Positions 16,847 to 25,850 of a stretch of 32,000 nt of DNA are shown here, piece after piece. The notes beneath the pieces were generated by a model. The model did no database searches. It had not been told where the DNA came from and saw nothing but the letters and a program-made list of their open reading frames with translations. The DNA comes from Cryptosporangium minutisporangium. Lineage in GTDB: Bacteria; Actinomycetota; Actinomycetes; Mycobacteriales; Cryptosporangiaceae. Position 1 is the first letter of the stretch, and the number at the start of each line of letters is the position of its first letter. The DNA is taken from contig NZ_BAAAYN010000057.1 of assembly GCF_039536245.1 (NCBI RefSeq), forward strand, positions 37,457-69,456, given 5' to 3'. The translations under genes and the position numbers were made by a program.

Positions 16847-16864
16847 AGCGTGGGTGGCGCGTGG

Positions 16865-17317
16865 TCAGTCGGGTGGGGAGCACGGACCGGGGCAGCTGGG
16901 CGACGAGTGCTGGGCGACTCGATCGAGCAGGTCGCGTAGCTGTCGTCGCTCGGCGTCGGGCAGGGCGAACAGAGCCTCGGCCTGCATGCGGCTCCGGGAG
17001 TGCAGCTCGGTGCGCCGCCGTTCGCCTTCGTCGGTCAGCACCACCTGCTTGACCCGCCGATCCGCGGCACCAGGCTGCCGGGTGACGAGCCCTCGGCGCT
17101 CCAGGCCGTCCACGATGCCGGTCACGTTCGACGGCTCACAGGACAGCCACTCCGCCAGCTGCCGCATCGGCGTCGGCCCCGACAGGTTCACCAGCACGAG
17201 CGCCTGAGCCGGGGGAAGGTCCAGCTGCGCCGCGGCCGCGTTGAACTCCGCCCTGAGCTGTCCGGTGATCCGAAAGGCCAAGTCGGTCAGCTCGTCGACG
17301 ATCGGATCCGCGCTCAC
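16865..17317 (-). CDS. MarR-family transcriptional regulator
   Basis: PMRQLAEWLSCEPSNVTGIVDGLERRGLVTRQPGAADRRVKQVVLTDEG. The C-terminus carries SCPGPC. Confidence 0.9.
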   Translation of the reverse strand: MSADPIVDELTDLAFRITGQLRAEFNAAAAQLDLPPAQALVLVNLSGPTPMRQLAEWLSCEPSNVTGIVDGLERRGLVTRQPGAADRRVKQVVLTDEGERRRTELHSRSRMQAEALFALPDAERRQLRDLLDRVAQHSSPSCPGPCSPPD

Positions 17318-17336
17318 GAACCCAGAATACGTCGTT

Positions 17337-17399
17337 CAGTCCATGGACTGTTCAGGTGCTGAAGTAATCCGTTAGGGTGGCGATTGTTCAGCACCTGAA
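17337..17399. promoter_or_regulatory. Three palindromic boxes in the divergent marR / membrane-protein intergenic region (candidate MarR operators)
   Basis: CAGTCCATGGACTG (17337-17350, perfect 14-bp palindrome), TTCAG-GTG-CTGAA (17351-17363) and TTCAG-CAC-CTGAA (17387-17399). The last two are exact reverse complements of each other. Confidence 0.55.
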
Positions 17400-17424
17400 C
17401 TATCAAGCTACTGAAGGAGATCTC

Positions 17425-17907
17425 ATGGCTTCGGAGACCGTTGCGAGTCAGTCGGACGGCCGGACCCGGCTCCGGGCGCGCGCTCTCGCGGTGGGCGGTG
17501 CGGTGGCGGCGAACGTCGCTCTCTGGGTGATCGGGGAGCCGCTGCTCGGCCACGATCTGGTCGTGACCCAACCGGGGGAGGAGGCGCTCGACTTGGGCTT
17601 CGGCGCGATCGCGGTCGTCTCGCTGATCGTCGCGTTGCTGGGCTGGGCTTCGCTCGCGGTGCTGGAGCGGGTGACCCGACGCGCCCGCGTCGTCTGGACC
17701 GTCGTCGCGGTGCTGGTGCTGGCGGCGTCGTTCATGCCGGTTCTGCAGGTCGAAGCGTCCGCAGGGACGAAGACCGTCCTCGCGCTCACCCACCTCGCCG
17801 TCGGCCTCGTCCTCATCCCCGTCTTCTGGCGGACGTCCACCCGCCGCGCGACGCCAGAATCCGTCGCACCGTCGCGCCCCGACGCGCCGGCTACCCCGGT
17901 TCACTGA
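17425..17907 (+). CDS. Small integral membrane protein (about 4 TM; resembles actinobacterial DUF6069-type proteins)
   Basis: ORF 17377..17907. Preferred start is ATG 17425 (AAGGAG 5 nt upstream). Hydrophobic segments include ALAVGGAVAANVALWVIG, FGAIAVVSLIVALLGWASLAVL and VVWTVVAVLVLAASF. Divergent from marR. Confidence 0.65.
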   Translation: MASETVASQSDGRTRLRARALAVGGAVAANVALWVIGEPLLGHDLVVTQPGEEALDLGFGAIAVVSLIVALLGWASLAVLERVTRRARVVWTVVAVLVLAASFMPVLQVEASAGTKTVLALTHLAVGLVLIPVFWRTSTRRATPESVAPSRPDAPATPVH

Positions 17908-17915
17908 CCGACGGC

Positions 17916-18875
17916 TCAGGCCGGCACTCCGAACAGGCGGAGCAGCGACGGGTCGGCGAACGTCACGCAGCGCTGGATCAGGCCGCCGGCCACCGTGAAC
18001 ACCTGGAGCGAGTGAGCCCTGACCCCTCCGGTGGCCGGATCCGGTGCGTAGGCGGCCAGGGCCGGGCTCCCGTTGGCGCGTACGGGCAGCAGGCGCCAGC
18101 CGGACCCGCGCAGATCGAACACCCGCTCCATGAACTCGCGGTAGTGCGCCCGGCCGGTGAGCCAGAGCGCTACCGGCGGCATCTCCAGCACGACGTCGTC
18201 GGCGAGCAGCCGAGTCAGTCCGGGCACGTCGGCGGCCTCGAACGCGGCCAGATACCGCTCGACCACGGCACGTTCGTCGGGGTCGGCGGGCTCGCGCCAC
18301 TCGTCCAACGCCGGGCCGGCGGCCCGCAGCGTGGCCCTGGCGCGCTGCAGACTGCTGTTCACCGACGCCACGCTGCTGTCCAAGACGTGCGCCACCTCGC
18401 TGGCCGGTAGCTGCAGCACATCGCGCAGCACCAGCGCCGCGCGCTGCCGCGGGGGCAGGAGTTGCAAGGCGGCGACCAGGGCCAGCCGCAGCCCCGCGCG
18501 CTGCTCGGTGACGTCCGCGGGGTCGCCCCAGGCCGGGTCGCCCAGCCGGGCGTCCGGGAACGGTTGCAACCACGGGACGTCGAGGCTCGGTGTCAGCGCC
18601 GCCTGCGGGTCGTCGCCGGGCGGGCCCAACCCGCTCGGCAACGGACGGCGGACCCGGCCCTGCAACGCGCTGAGGCAGGCGTTGGTGGCGATCCGGTGCA
18701 GCCAGGTGCGCAGCGACGCCCGCTGCGGGTCGTACCGGTCGGCCGCCCGCCAGGCCCGCACCAGCGTCTCCTGGACCAGGTCCTCGGCCTCGTCGAACGA
18801 TCCGAGCATCCGATAGCAGTGCGCCAGCAGGTCACCGCGGTAGGCCTCGTGCTCCTCCTGCGTCGGCGCCGCCAC
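17916..18875 (-). CDS. ECF sigma factor with fused C-terminal NTF2/SnoaL-like domain (SigG / TIGR02960 / ECF56-like)
   Basis: [28 protein letters not shown] (region 2), RQRAALVLRDVLQLPASEVAHVLDSSVASVNSSLQRAR (region 4), then an NTF2-like extension of about 120 aa. GTG start. Confidence 0.9.
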   Translation of the reverse strand: MAAPTQEEHEAYRGDLLAHCYRMLGSFDEAEDLVQETLVRAWRAADRYDPQRASLRTWLHRIATNACLSALQGRVRRPLPSGLGPPGDDPQAALTPSLDVPWLQPFPDARLGDPAWGDPADVTEQRAGLRLALVAALQLLPPRQRAALVLRDVLQLPASEVAHVLDSSVASVNSSLQRARATLRAAGPALDEWREPADPDERAVVERYLAAFEAADVPGLTRLLADDVVLEMPPVALWLTGRAHYREFMERVFDLRGSGWRLLPVRANGSPALAAYAPDPATGGVRAHSLQVFTVAGGLIQRCVTFADPSLLRLFGVPA

Positions 18876-18994
18876 CCGCGCGAGCCTACGCCCGCAAATC
18901 TCGCTGCCCGAGACCGATGAGTTCGTCGCCCGGCCTCGGTACGTGCTGGATGAGGGCGGCCGGACCTGAGCCGCCGCGGCAGGAGGGAAGAGCG

Positions 18995-19570
18995 ATGGGC
19001 GACGTCATCGTCATTCAATTCACCACGTTGGACGGTGTGGTCTCCGACCCCGACGGGCGCTGGGGGACTGGCCACGGCGGCTGGGCGTTCCGGTACGGGC
19101 CGGGGCCGGTCAGCGACGACAAGTTCCGCCTCGGAGCGCGGATGGAGCACGGCGTCCAGCTCTACGGGCGGCGGACGTGGGAGCACTTCGCCCGGCTCTG
19201 GCCGAGTCGCGACGGCAGCTACGCCCAGCTGATGAACGCCGTGCCCAAACGCGTCGCCACCCGCACCGGCGTCGACCCGGCTGCGTGGTCGAACTCGGCG
19301 GCGATCGACGGCGACCCGGTGGTCTGGGCCGCCGACGAGCGCACCCGGCGCGACGTCGTCGTGATCGGCAGCCTGAGCTTGGTGCACACGCTGGCGGCGG
19401 CCGATCTGGTCGACGAGTACCGGTTGCTCACGTTCCCGACTGTCGTCGGGGCAGGCGACCAGCTGTTCGCCGCGGACGCGCCCGCCGACTTCCGGTTCAC
19501 GCTGGTGGAGCCCGCCGACATGGCGACGCTGACCGTGCTCCGCCGCCAACCGGCGGCGGAGCCCCGGTGA
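18995..19570 (+). CDS. Dihydrofolate-reductase-family (RibD C-terminal domain) protein
   Basis: ORF 18917..19570. Start is ATG 18995 (CAGGAGGGAAG upstream). IQFTTLDGVV..DPDG, LYGRRTWEHF, DEYRLLTFPTVVGAGDQLF. Confidence 0.8.
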   Translation: MGDVIVIQFTTLDGVVSDPDGRWGTGHGGWAFRYGPGPVSDDKFRLGARMEHGVQLYGRRTWEHFARLWPSRDGSYAQLMNAVPKRVATRTGVDPAAWSNSAAIDGDPVVWAADERTRRDVVVIGSLSLVHTLAAADLVDEYRLLTFPTVVGAGDQLFAADAPADFRFTLVEPADMATLTVLRRQPAAEPR

Positions 19571-19593
19571 GCGGGCCCGTCGTCCGCTGCGTG

Positions 19594-20412
19594 CTACGGA
19601 CGCAGATCGGTTCTCGCTGCTCCGGTGTCGGTGTCGGCCGGCCAGGACACGTGCTGGTGCACCATCTGCCAGTCGCCTCCGAACCGTCGGAACACCCGGG
19701 TGCCGCGGGACCAGGTCTCGGCGACCGAGCCGTCCGGCTGCTCCGCGGTCATCCGGTTGAGTCCCCAGGAGACGGCCAGGTCGCCGCGGGCGACGATCCG
19801 CAGGTCGGGCACGGTCCAGGTAACGGTGCCGTCGACGGCGTCCAACCCGTCCGCGCAGACCGCGCGGACGCTGTCGAGCCCGGTGTACTGCAGCGGCGCG
19901 TCGTGCTCGTAGGAGACGACGTCCTCGGCGATGCCCGCCATCATGCCGTCCAGGTCCTTGGCGACCGTGTCGTCGAACCACCGCCGGTGCAGGTCCTCGA
20001 CGGCCAGCTCCGCCGCGCGGTCGCTGCCCGACGCGTCGGTGAACGAGTGGTGCTCGTGCGCCACCACCCATCGGCCGTCGTCCCGGCGCAGGCCGAGCGT
20101 CAGCCGAAGCCGACGGTCCGGATCGGCGGCCAGGTGCTCCGGCGTCCCGCAGCGCAGCAGCGCGTGGGCGAACGCGACGTCCGCACCCGCAGTGACCTCG
20201 AGCGACGTGATCTCGAACAGCGCTCCGGTCGCCAGCCACTCGAAGAACGGCGGCCAGCTCTTTCGGTACGCGTCGAGTCCGCGCACGCCCCTCTCCGGCG
20301 GCGGCACGTCGAACATCACGATGTCCTCGGCGTGGTCGGCCAGCACGCCGTCCAGGTCACCCGCCTGCACGGCGAGCGCCCAGCGTTCGATGAGTTCCCG
20401 AATCTCGTCCAT
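19594..20412 (-). CDS. Tandem NTF2-like (SnoaL/DUF4440-type) two-domain protein
   Basis: Two repeats of the pattern IRELIERWALAVQAGDLDGV...DGRWVVAHEHHS and VEDLHRRWFDDTVAKDLDGM...GGDWQMVHQHVS. Its start lies 30 nt downstream of the sigma-factor gene's stop. Confidence 0.8.
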   Translation of the reverse strand: MDEIRELIERWALAVQAGDLDGVLADHAEDIVMFDVPPPERGVRGLDAYRKSWPPFFEWLATGALFEITSLEVTAGADVAFAHALLRCGTPEHLAADPDRRLRLTLGLRRDDGRWVVAHEHHSFTDASGSDRAAELAVEDLHRRWFDDTVAKDLDGMMAGIAEDVVSYEHDAPLQYTGLDSVRAVCADGLDAVDGTVTWTVPDLRIVARGDLAVSWGLNRMTAEQPDGSVAETWSRGTRVFRRFGGDWQMVHQHVSWPADTDTGAARTDLRP

Positions 20413-20442
20413 GCCACTAGAACCCCGGGAAGGGGCTCGAAC

Positions 20443-21393
20443 TCATCGCTCCCGCGGAAGATTCTCCGGAAGACCGAACGCGGTCAGATCGGCGGTGAGG
20501 AACGAGACCACCTCGGCGACCCGGCCGCTCCGCACCGTGAGGACGTCCAGCCCGGACGGCCGGTAGACGTCGCCCTCGAGCAGATAGGTTCCGAACGCGA
20601 GCTGGCCGTTCGCCACCGTGGGCAGGAACCGCCAGCGATACGTCAGCGGTGCCTCGACCAGGAACCGCCGGATCGCGTCCACCCCCTGGTACCAGGCCAC
20701 CTCCGGCGGCATCGAGTACCGCGCGTCGTCGGCGAGCAGCGCGACGATCGTGTCGACGTCGCCGGCCTCCCACGCGGCCGCGTACCGCCGGGCCAGCTCT
20801 CGCACGGTCGGATCCTCGGGCGCCGCGGACGCGGACACCGCAGGCAACGCCCGGCGGGCGCGCTGCAGGGCGCTGTTGACCGCCGGGACCGAGGTGTCGA
20901 GGAACTCGGCCACCTCCCGCGCGGAGAACCCCTGCGCTTCGCGCAGGAGCAGCACCGCCCGCTGCAAACCCGGGAGGTGCTGGAGCGCGGCGACGAACGC
21001 GACCTCGAGGCTCTCCCTCGCCAGGGTCCCGCTCTGCGGATCCGGGTACGGCTCCAGCCAATGGGGGTCCGACGTCGCGCGCAGGTCGGTCGGGAGCTCC
21101 CGTCGCGCTCGCCCCTTCAACAGCGTGAGGCACCGGTTGGTGGCGATCCGGTACAGCCACGGACGCAGGGAGCGGCCGGGATCGTGCTCGTCGAACCGGT
21201 CGAGACCCCGCCAGGCCCGGACCAGGGTCTCCTGCACGGCGTCGTCCGCGTCGTGCACCGATCCGAGCATGCGGTAGCAGTGTGCGTGCAGCTCCGCGCG
21301 GAGGGGAGCGGCGAGTGTGCTGAACGCGTCGGCGTCACCGGCGCGGGCGGCGGCCAGCACCGACAGTGTTTCGGTCGAGAACCGGCCGCTCAT
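20443..21393 (-). CDS. Second ECF sigma factor with fused NTF2/SnoaL-like domain (paralogue of 17916-18875)
   Basis: [41 protein letters not shown] and [38 protein letters not shown], plus an NTF2-like C-terminal extension. Confidence 0.9.
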   Translation of the reverse strand: MSGRFSTETLSVLAAARAGDADAFSTLAAPLRAELHAHCYRMLGSVHDADDAVQETLVRAWRGLDRFDEHDPGRSLRPWLYRIATNRCLTLLKGRARRELPTDLRATSDPHWLEPYPDPQSGTLARESLEVAFVAALQHLPGLQRAVLLLREAQGFSAREVAEFLDTSVPAVNSALQRARRALPAVSASAAPEDPTVRELARRYAAAWEAGDVDTIVALLADDARYSMPPEVAWYQGVDAIRRFLVEAPLTYRWRFLPTVANGQLAFGTYLLEGDVYRPSGLDVLTVRSGRVAEVVSFLTADLTAFGLPENLPRER

Positions 21394-21402
21394 TCCCTGC
21401 CT

Positions 21403-21455
21403 CCTCGCGTCGGGGCGCCGCCCCAGCCTGCTACAGCCCTCTCTCCGACGCGAGG
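21403..21455 (-). other. Hairpin between the oxidoreductase stop and the sigma-factor start; the 3' arm overlaps the SD
   Basis: Perfect 11-bp arms CCTCGCGTCGG (21403-21413) and CCGACGCGAGG (21445-21455) with a 31-nt loop. On the minus-strand RNA the downstream arm runs into GAGGAGG, 6 nt before ATG 21393. Confidence 0.4.
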
Positions 21456-21465
21456 CCGCAGCGGA

Positions 21466-22398
21466 TCAGGGCACCAGGACCACGCGACCGCGGAGGCCGC
21501 CGCCGGCGACCCGTTCGTGGGCGGCGGCGATCTTCTCCAGCGGTACGGTCTCGGCCGGCGGCAGCGTGAGCCGCCCCGCGTCCACCAGGGCGGACAGCTC
21601 GGCCAGGCGTGCACCGTCGGCCCGGACCTCCTGCACCACGACCTGGGTGGCCCGCAGCGGACGCGGAGCGAACGGTGCGACCAGCGCGACGAAGACGCCG
21701 CCGCCGCGCAGCGCCTCGTGTGCGGGGATGCCCGCCACGGCGGCGTCGATCACCGCGTCCACACCGCCGGGCACCACGTCGCGGACCGCGGCCGCGAGCG
21801 CGTCGGTGCGTGGCACGAACCAGGTGGCTCCCGACCGGCGGACCTGTGCCTCGTCGTCCGCCCCGGCCACCGCGACCGTGCGAACGCCGCGGTGGCGGGC
21901 CAGCTGCAGAACCAGCCCGCCCACTCCACCTGCCGCCCCGGTGACCAGCAGAGTTCCACCGGCGCGGAGCCCGGTCAGCGCCAGGGACCGGTCGGCGGTC
22001 AGGCCGATCAGCGGGAGCGTCGCCGCCACCGTCGGCGAAACCGTCACCGGGGCGGGCGCCACCGCGCCGGCGTCCAGGACGACGTAGTCGGCGTGGGTGC
22101 CCGGCGCCGACAGCACGTCCCGCAGGCCGATCACCGCGTCGCCGACCTCGAACTGTTCGACCGCCGGGCCGACGTCCTCCACGGTGCCGGCGACGTCCCA
22201 GCCCAACCAGTACCGAGCGGACGGGGCGAGCAGACCGCCCTGAGCCAACGCACCGTTGCGTGTGGACAGGTCGATGCGGTTGACCGCCGCCGCGGCCACT
22301 CGCACCAGCACTTGCCCGGTGCCCGGTGCCGGCCGCGGCACGTCGACGATCTCCAGTACCTCCGGTCCGCCGAAGCGGTGTACCACTGCAGCTCTCAT
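21466..22398 (-). CDS. NADPH:quinone oxidoreductase / zinc-type alcohol dehydrogenase superfamily (MDR) protein
   Basis: MRAAVVHRFGGPEVLEIVDVPRPAPGTGQVLVRVAAAAVNRIDL... and LVTGAAGGVGGLVLQLA (Rossmann fold). Confidence 0.9.
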   Translation of the reverse strand: MRAAVVHRFGGPEVLEIVDVPRPAPGTGQVLVRVAAAAVNRIDLSTRNGALAQGGLLAPSARYWLGWDVAGTVEDVGPAVEQFEVGDAVIGLRDVLSAPGTHADYVVLDAGAVAPAPVTVSPTVAATLPLIGLTADRSLALTGLRAGGTLLVTGAAGGVGGLVLQLARHRGVRTVAVAGADDEAQVRRSGATWFVPRTDALAAAVRDVVPGGVDAVIDAAVAGIPAHEALRGGGVFVALVAPFAPRPLRATQVVVQEVRADGARLAELSALVDAGRLTLPPAETVPLEKIAAAHERVAGGGLRGRVVLVP

Positions 22399-22473
22399 GC
22401 CGACGACGCTAGAAATGTCGGTGCAGGCCGGTAAGACGGTACTTGCGAGTGCCTATGGACCCTCGGAGAGCTC

Positions 22474-22881
22474 ATGACCACCAGCAGCGCCGCGCAGCGC
22501 CGGGCCGAGCGGGCCCGTGCCTACAACGCCAACCTGGCCGAGTGCCCAGGCCACGACCTGCTCGGCACGTTGAGCGACAAGTGGCTGACGCTCGTCCTGG
22601 CCGCGCTGGCAGACGGGCCGCGGCGCCACGCCGAGCTGGCCGCGACGGTCGCCGGTGCGACCCAGAAGATGCTCACCCAGACCCTGCGCAAACTGGAGCG
22701 CGAAGGGCTGGTCACCCGCACGCTGACCGCCTCGGTGCCGGTCCGGGTCGACTACGCGCTGACGCCGCTGGGTGAGAGCCTGCTGCCGGTGCAGCGGGCG
22801 ATCAAGGACTGGGCCGAGACCCACATCGAGGAGGTGCACCGAGCCCGTGCCGCCTACGACGCCGAGCGCGCGGCGGGCTGA
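22474..22881 (+). CDS. HxlR-family transcriptional regulator
   Basis: CPGHDLLGTLSDKWLTLVLAALADGPRRHAELAATVAGATQKMLTQTLRKLEREGLVTR...VDYALTPLG. Divergent from the oxidoreductase, a classic pairing. Confidence 0.9.
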   Translation: MTTSSAAQRRAERARAYNANLAECPGHDLLGTLSDKWLTLVLAALADGPRRHAELAATVAGATQKMLTQTLRKLEREGLVTRTLTASVPVRVDYALTPLGESLLPVQRAIKDWAETHIEEVHRARAAYDAERAAG

Positions 22882-22897
22882 CGGCTGAGCGCGGGCG

Positions 22898-23404
22898 TTA
22901 TCCGAAGATGGCGGTGGGGGTACCGCGGTACCAAGCGTTGTCGATGCGCATGCGGCGGATGACCCAGCGGGCCCCGTCCCGCACCAGGTCGACGTCGTAT
23001 GGGTTCTTCAGCAGGGCGAACGTGCCGTGGTCGGCGGCGAGAAGGTGCTGGGCCTCCACCAACGCGGTCAGATGGGAGGTGTCGCCGTCGATGGTGACGC
23101 GCGGATTGGTGACCTGGTGAGTGGTGTCGACCCGGTCGGTGAACAGCGTCAAGATCGTGGTGACGATGGTGTCCCGCCCGGTCATCAGCGGTGGCTGCCC
23201 ACCCCACCGGGCGGCGGCGGGGCGGAAGTCGAGCTCGGCGTCGGCGGCGAAGGCCGAGGCGAACAGCTCCTTGTCCTTGAGGTCCTGGCCGAGGCCGAAC
23301 CGGTACAGCGCGTCCACGACCTCGGCCCGGTCTCGTAGCTCCCGGAGGACCGCCTCGAAATCTGCGGCCGGGGCCGATATCGCGTGCGCATCGGTGCCGT
23401 ACAT
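22898..23404 (-). CDS. NTF2-family (SnoaL_4-like) protein
   Basis: LRDRAEVVDALYRFGLGQDLKDKELFASAF...HQVTNPRVTIDGDTSHL...GARWVIRRMRID. Confidence 0.8.
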   Translation of the reverse strand: MYGTDAHAISAPAADFEAVLRELRDRAEVVDALYRFGLGQDLKDKELFASAFAADAELDFRPAAARWGGQPPLMTGRDTIVTTILTLFTDRVDTTHQVTNPRVTIDGDTSHLTALVEAQHLLAADHGTFALLKNPYDVDLVRDGARWVIRRMRIDNAWYRGTPTAIFG

Positions 23405-23523
23405 GGGTGCTCCCGTGCTGGTGAGAGTGGTGTTGAGGCCCTCTCACCCTCGACCGGGGACGACGGTGGATCAACGTGGCGCTGTGCAAAGATCGTGAAG
23501 CGAGAGTTAACGATGGGGGCGCC

Positions 23524-24420
23524 ATGCTGGAGCGGCACGAGCTGGAAGCGTTCCTCACCCTCGTCGAAGAGCTGCACTTCGGCCGCACCGCCGAGCGGTT
23601 GCACGTGTCCACCGCCCGGGTCAGCCAGACCATCGCCAAACTCGAGCGCCGCGCCGGAGTGCCGCTGTTCAACCGCACCAGCCGCCGGGTGGAGCCGACG
23701 GCGGTGGGACAGCGGCTCTACGAGGAGCTGCGCCCGGCCTGGGATCAGATCACCAGCGCGTTCGAACAGGCCATCGCCAGCGGCCGCGGGCTCACCGGCA
23801 CGCTGCGGGTCGCCTTCGTCGGCGCCGCGGGCGGGCAGCTGCTGGCCGGGGCCGCCGAGCTGTTCCGCGAGCGCCAACCCGACTGCGACGTCCAGCTCCG
23901 CGAAGCCCAGCTGGCCGATCTCATGCCGTGGCTGCGCGACCGCGAGATCGATCTTGCCCTCGGCACCTTCCCGATCGACGAGCCCGGCATCACCACCGGA
24001 CCCGTCCTGGTCTCCGAGGCACGCATGCTGGCCGTCCCGATCCAGCATCCGTTCGCGCGCCGCTCGTCGGTCTCCCTGGAAGACCTGGCTCGCGTCACGC
24101 TGCTCCAGCTCCCCGACACGCTGCCGGATTCCCTGCGTCAGGACCTCACCCCGCGGACCACGCCGTCCGAGCGTCCGATCGACGTCGGGCCTTCCGCCGC
24201 CACGTTCAACGAGCTGCTCACCCTCGTCGGAGCCGGCCGCGGTGTCTTCCCGGTCGGTGCTCAGGCCAGGCGCTACTACGCGCGCCCCGACGTCGCCTAC
24301 CTCCCGTTCGACGACGCCCCGGTGCTGCAGTGGGGCTTGATCTGGCGTGCCGACAACGCCACCGCACGCGTCCGCGCCTTCACCCGGGCCGCCCACGACC
24401 TCCTCGACGGCAGCACCTGA
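23524..24420 (+). CDS. LysR-family transcriptional regulator
   Basis: ORF 23476..24420. Start is ATG 23524. LEAFLTLVEELHFGRTAERLHVSTARVSQTIAKLERRAGVPLFNRTSRRVEPT. Divergent from the NTF2 gene. Confidence 0.9.
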   Translation: MLERHELEAFLTLVEELHFGRTAERLHVSTARVSQTIAKLERRAGVPLFNRTSRRVEPTAVGQRLYEELRPAWDQITSAFEQAIASGRGLTGTLRVAFVGAAGGQLLAGAAELFRERQPDCDVQLREAQLADLMPWLRDREIDLALGTFPIDEPGITTGPVLVSEARMLAVPIQHPFARRSSVSLEDLARVTLLQLPDTLPDSLRQDLTPRTTPSERPIDVGPSAATFNELLTLVGAGRGVFPVGAQARRYYARPDVAYLPFDDAPVLQWGLIWRADNATARVRAFTRAAHDLLDGST

Positions 24421-24440
24421 CGACCTCCGAAGGAACCACC

Positions 24441-24950
24441 ATGTCCGACGTGTGGACCACCCGTCCCGAATCCGAACCGGACGTCGCCGCGATCCGCGAC
24501 GTCAACCTCGGCGCGTTCCCCACCCCCCTGGAGGCCGACCTCGTCGAGGCGTTGCGCTCCGACCCGGCGTGGATGCCCGGCTTGTCGATCGTGGCGGAGA
24601 GCGCTGCGGGCGTGATCGCCGGCTACGCGTTGCTCACCCGGTGCCACGTCGACGGTGCCCCGGCGCTGGCGCTGGGTCCGTGCGCCGTCCGGCCCGGGTA
24701 CCAGAAGCAGGGCGCAGGCTCGGCCGCGATCCGAGCCGGCCTGGACGCCGCCCGAGCGAGGGCCGAGAACCTCGTCCTCGTGCTCGGTCACGCCTCGTAC
24801 TACCCGCGGTTCGGGTTCGTTCGGGCCTCCGCCTACGGAATCCGCCCGTCGTTCGAGGTGCCCGATGAAGCGATGATGGCGCTCGTCTTCGACGACACCC
24901 TCCCGGTGCCCAGCGGGGTCATCACCTATCCGGCGCCGTTCGGCGTCTGA
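24441..24950 (+). CDS. GNAT-family N-acetyltransferase (YhbS-like)
   Basis: In-frame ATG 24441 within ORF 23928..24950 (GAAGGA upstream). AVRPGYQKQGAGSAAI (acetyl-CoA loop) and GHASYYPRFGF. Confidence 0.85.
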   Translation: MSDVWTTRPESEPDVAAIRDVNLGAFPTPLEADLVEALRSDPAWMPGLSIVAESAAGVIAGYALLTRCHVDGAPALALGPCAVRPGYQKQGAGSAAIRAGLDAARARAENLVLVLGHASYYPRFGFVRASAYGIRPSFEVPDEAMMALVFDDTLPVPSGVITYPAPFGV

Positions 24951-24956
24951 TCCTCT

Positions 24957-24995
24957 CGGTCTGTTCGGGGTGGGAACCCCGCCCCGAACAGACCG
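24957..24995. terminator. Bidirectional terminator hairpin between convergent GNAT and SDR genes
   Basis: 14-bp perfect stem CGGTCTGTTCGGGG / CCCCGAACAGACCG with an 11-nt loop. It lies 7 nt after the GNAT stop and 24 nt after the SDR stop. Confidence 0.65.
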
Positions 24996-25018
24996 TCCGT
25001 TCGCGAGAGCCTGCGCGG

Positions 25019-25765
25019 TCAGCTAGTGAAACCGCCGTCGACGTCGAGGGTGGCTCCGGTGACGTAGCGGCCGTCCGGACCGGCGAGGAAAGCGACCATG
25101 GCGGCCACATCGGTCGGAGCCCCGTACTCGCCGAGCGCGATGAACCCGTTGATCGTGGCGGCGTTCGGGCCGTCGGCCGGGTTCAACTCCGTGTCCGTGG
25201 CTCCGGGGTTCACCAGGTTGACCGTGATCGCGCGGGGCCCCAGTTCCCGGCCCAGAGCCTTGGTCAGGCCGATGAGCGCGGTCTTGCTCATCGAGTACAG
25301 CGAGAAGCCCGGGAACACCACCCGCTCGGCCGCGTTGCTGCCGATGTTGATGATGCGCCCACCGGCCCGCATGTGCCGGACCGCTGCCTGCGACGCCACG
25401 AACGGCGCCCGGACGTTGACCGCGACCGTCTGCTCGAAGGCGTCGAGGGTCAACTCTTCCAACGGGCCGAGCAGGAACGCGCCGGCGTTGTTGACGAGGA
25501 TGTCCAGGCGTCCCAGTTCGCCGGAGACCCGGTCGACCCCGCTGATCACCGCGGCCGGGTCAGCGCTGTCGACCTGCAGGGCCAGGGCCCGGCGGCCGAG
25601 TGCTTTGATCTGCTCGACGACGCCGTCGGCGCGCTGCTGGTTGTGCTGGAAGGTGAACGCGACGTCCGCGCCCTCCTGCGCCAACCGCACCGCAACCGCC
25701 GCGCCGATTCCACGGCCACCGCCGGTGACGAGGGCGGTCTTGCCATCAAGGCTGTTGTTGTTCAC
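25019..25765 (-). CDS. SDR-family oxidoreductase (FabG-like)
   Basis: TALVTGGGRGIGAAVA, NNAG, and a YSMSK catalytic Tyr/Lys. Confidence 0.9.
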   Translation of the reverse strand: MNNNSLDGKTALVTGGGRGIGAAVAVRLAQEGADVAFTFQHNQQRADGVVEQIKALGRRALALQVDSADPAAVISGVDRVSGELGRLDILVNNAGAFLLGPLEELTLDAFEQTVAVNVRAPFVASQAAVRHMRAGGRIINIGSNAAERVVFPGFSLYSMSKTALIGLTKALGRELGPRAITVNLVNPGATDTELNPADGPNAATINGFIALGEYGAPTDVAAMVAFLAGPDGRYVTGATLDVDGGFTS

Positions 25766-25850
25766 GGGATCGAGCCTGGTTGGTTCCGGCGCGATCGTCT
25801 GGCGGCGATCGGTCGTCGCGTTCGATGCCCTGCCGACGGCTCAGCGAGTG

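Noticed and set aside
19177-22434. 1085-aa ORF on the plus strand, the joint-longest in the track
   Set aside because: The product is an Arg/Gly/Pro/Asp-rich string with no domain-like segments. It runs antisense across three well-supported minus-strand genes (tandem NTF2, ECF sigma, quinone oxidoreductase). This is a typical stop-free antisense frame in high-GC DNA.
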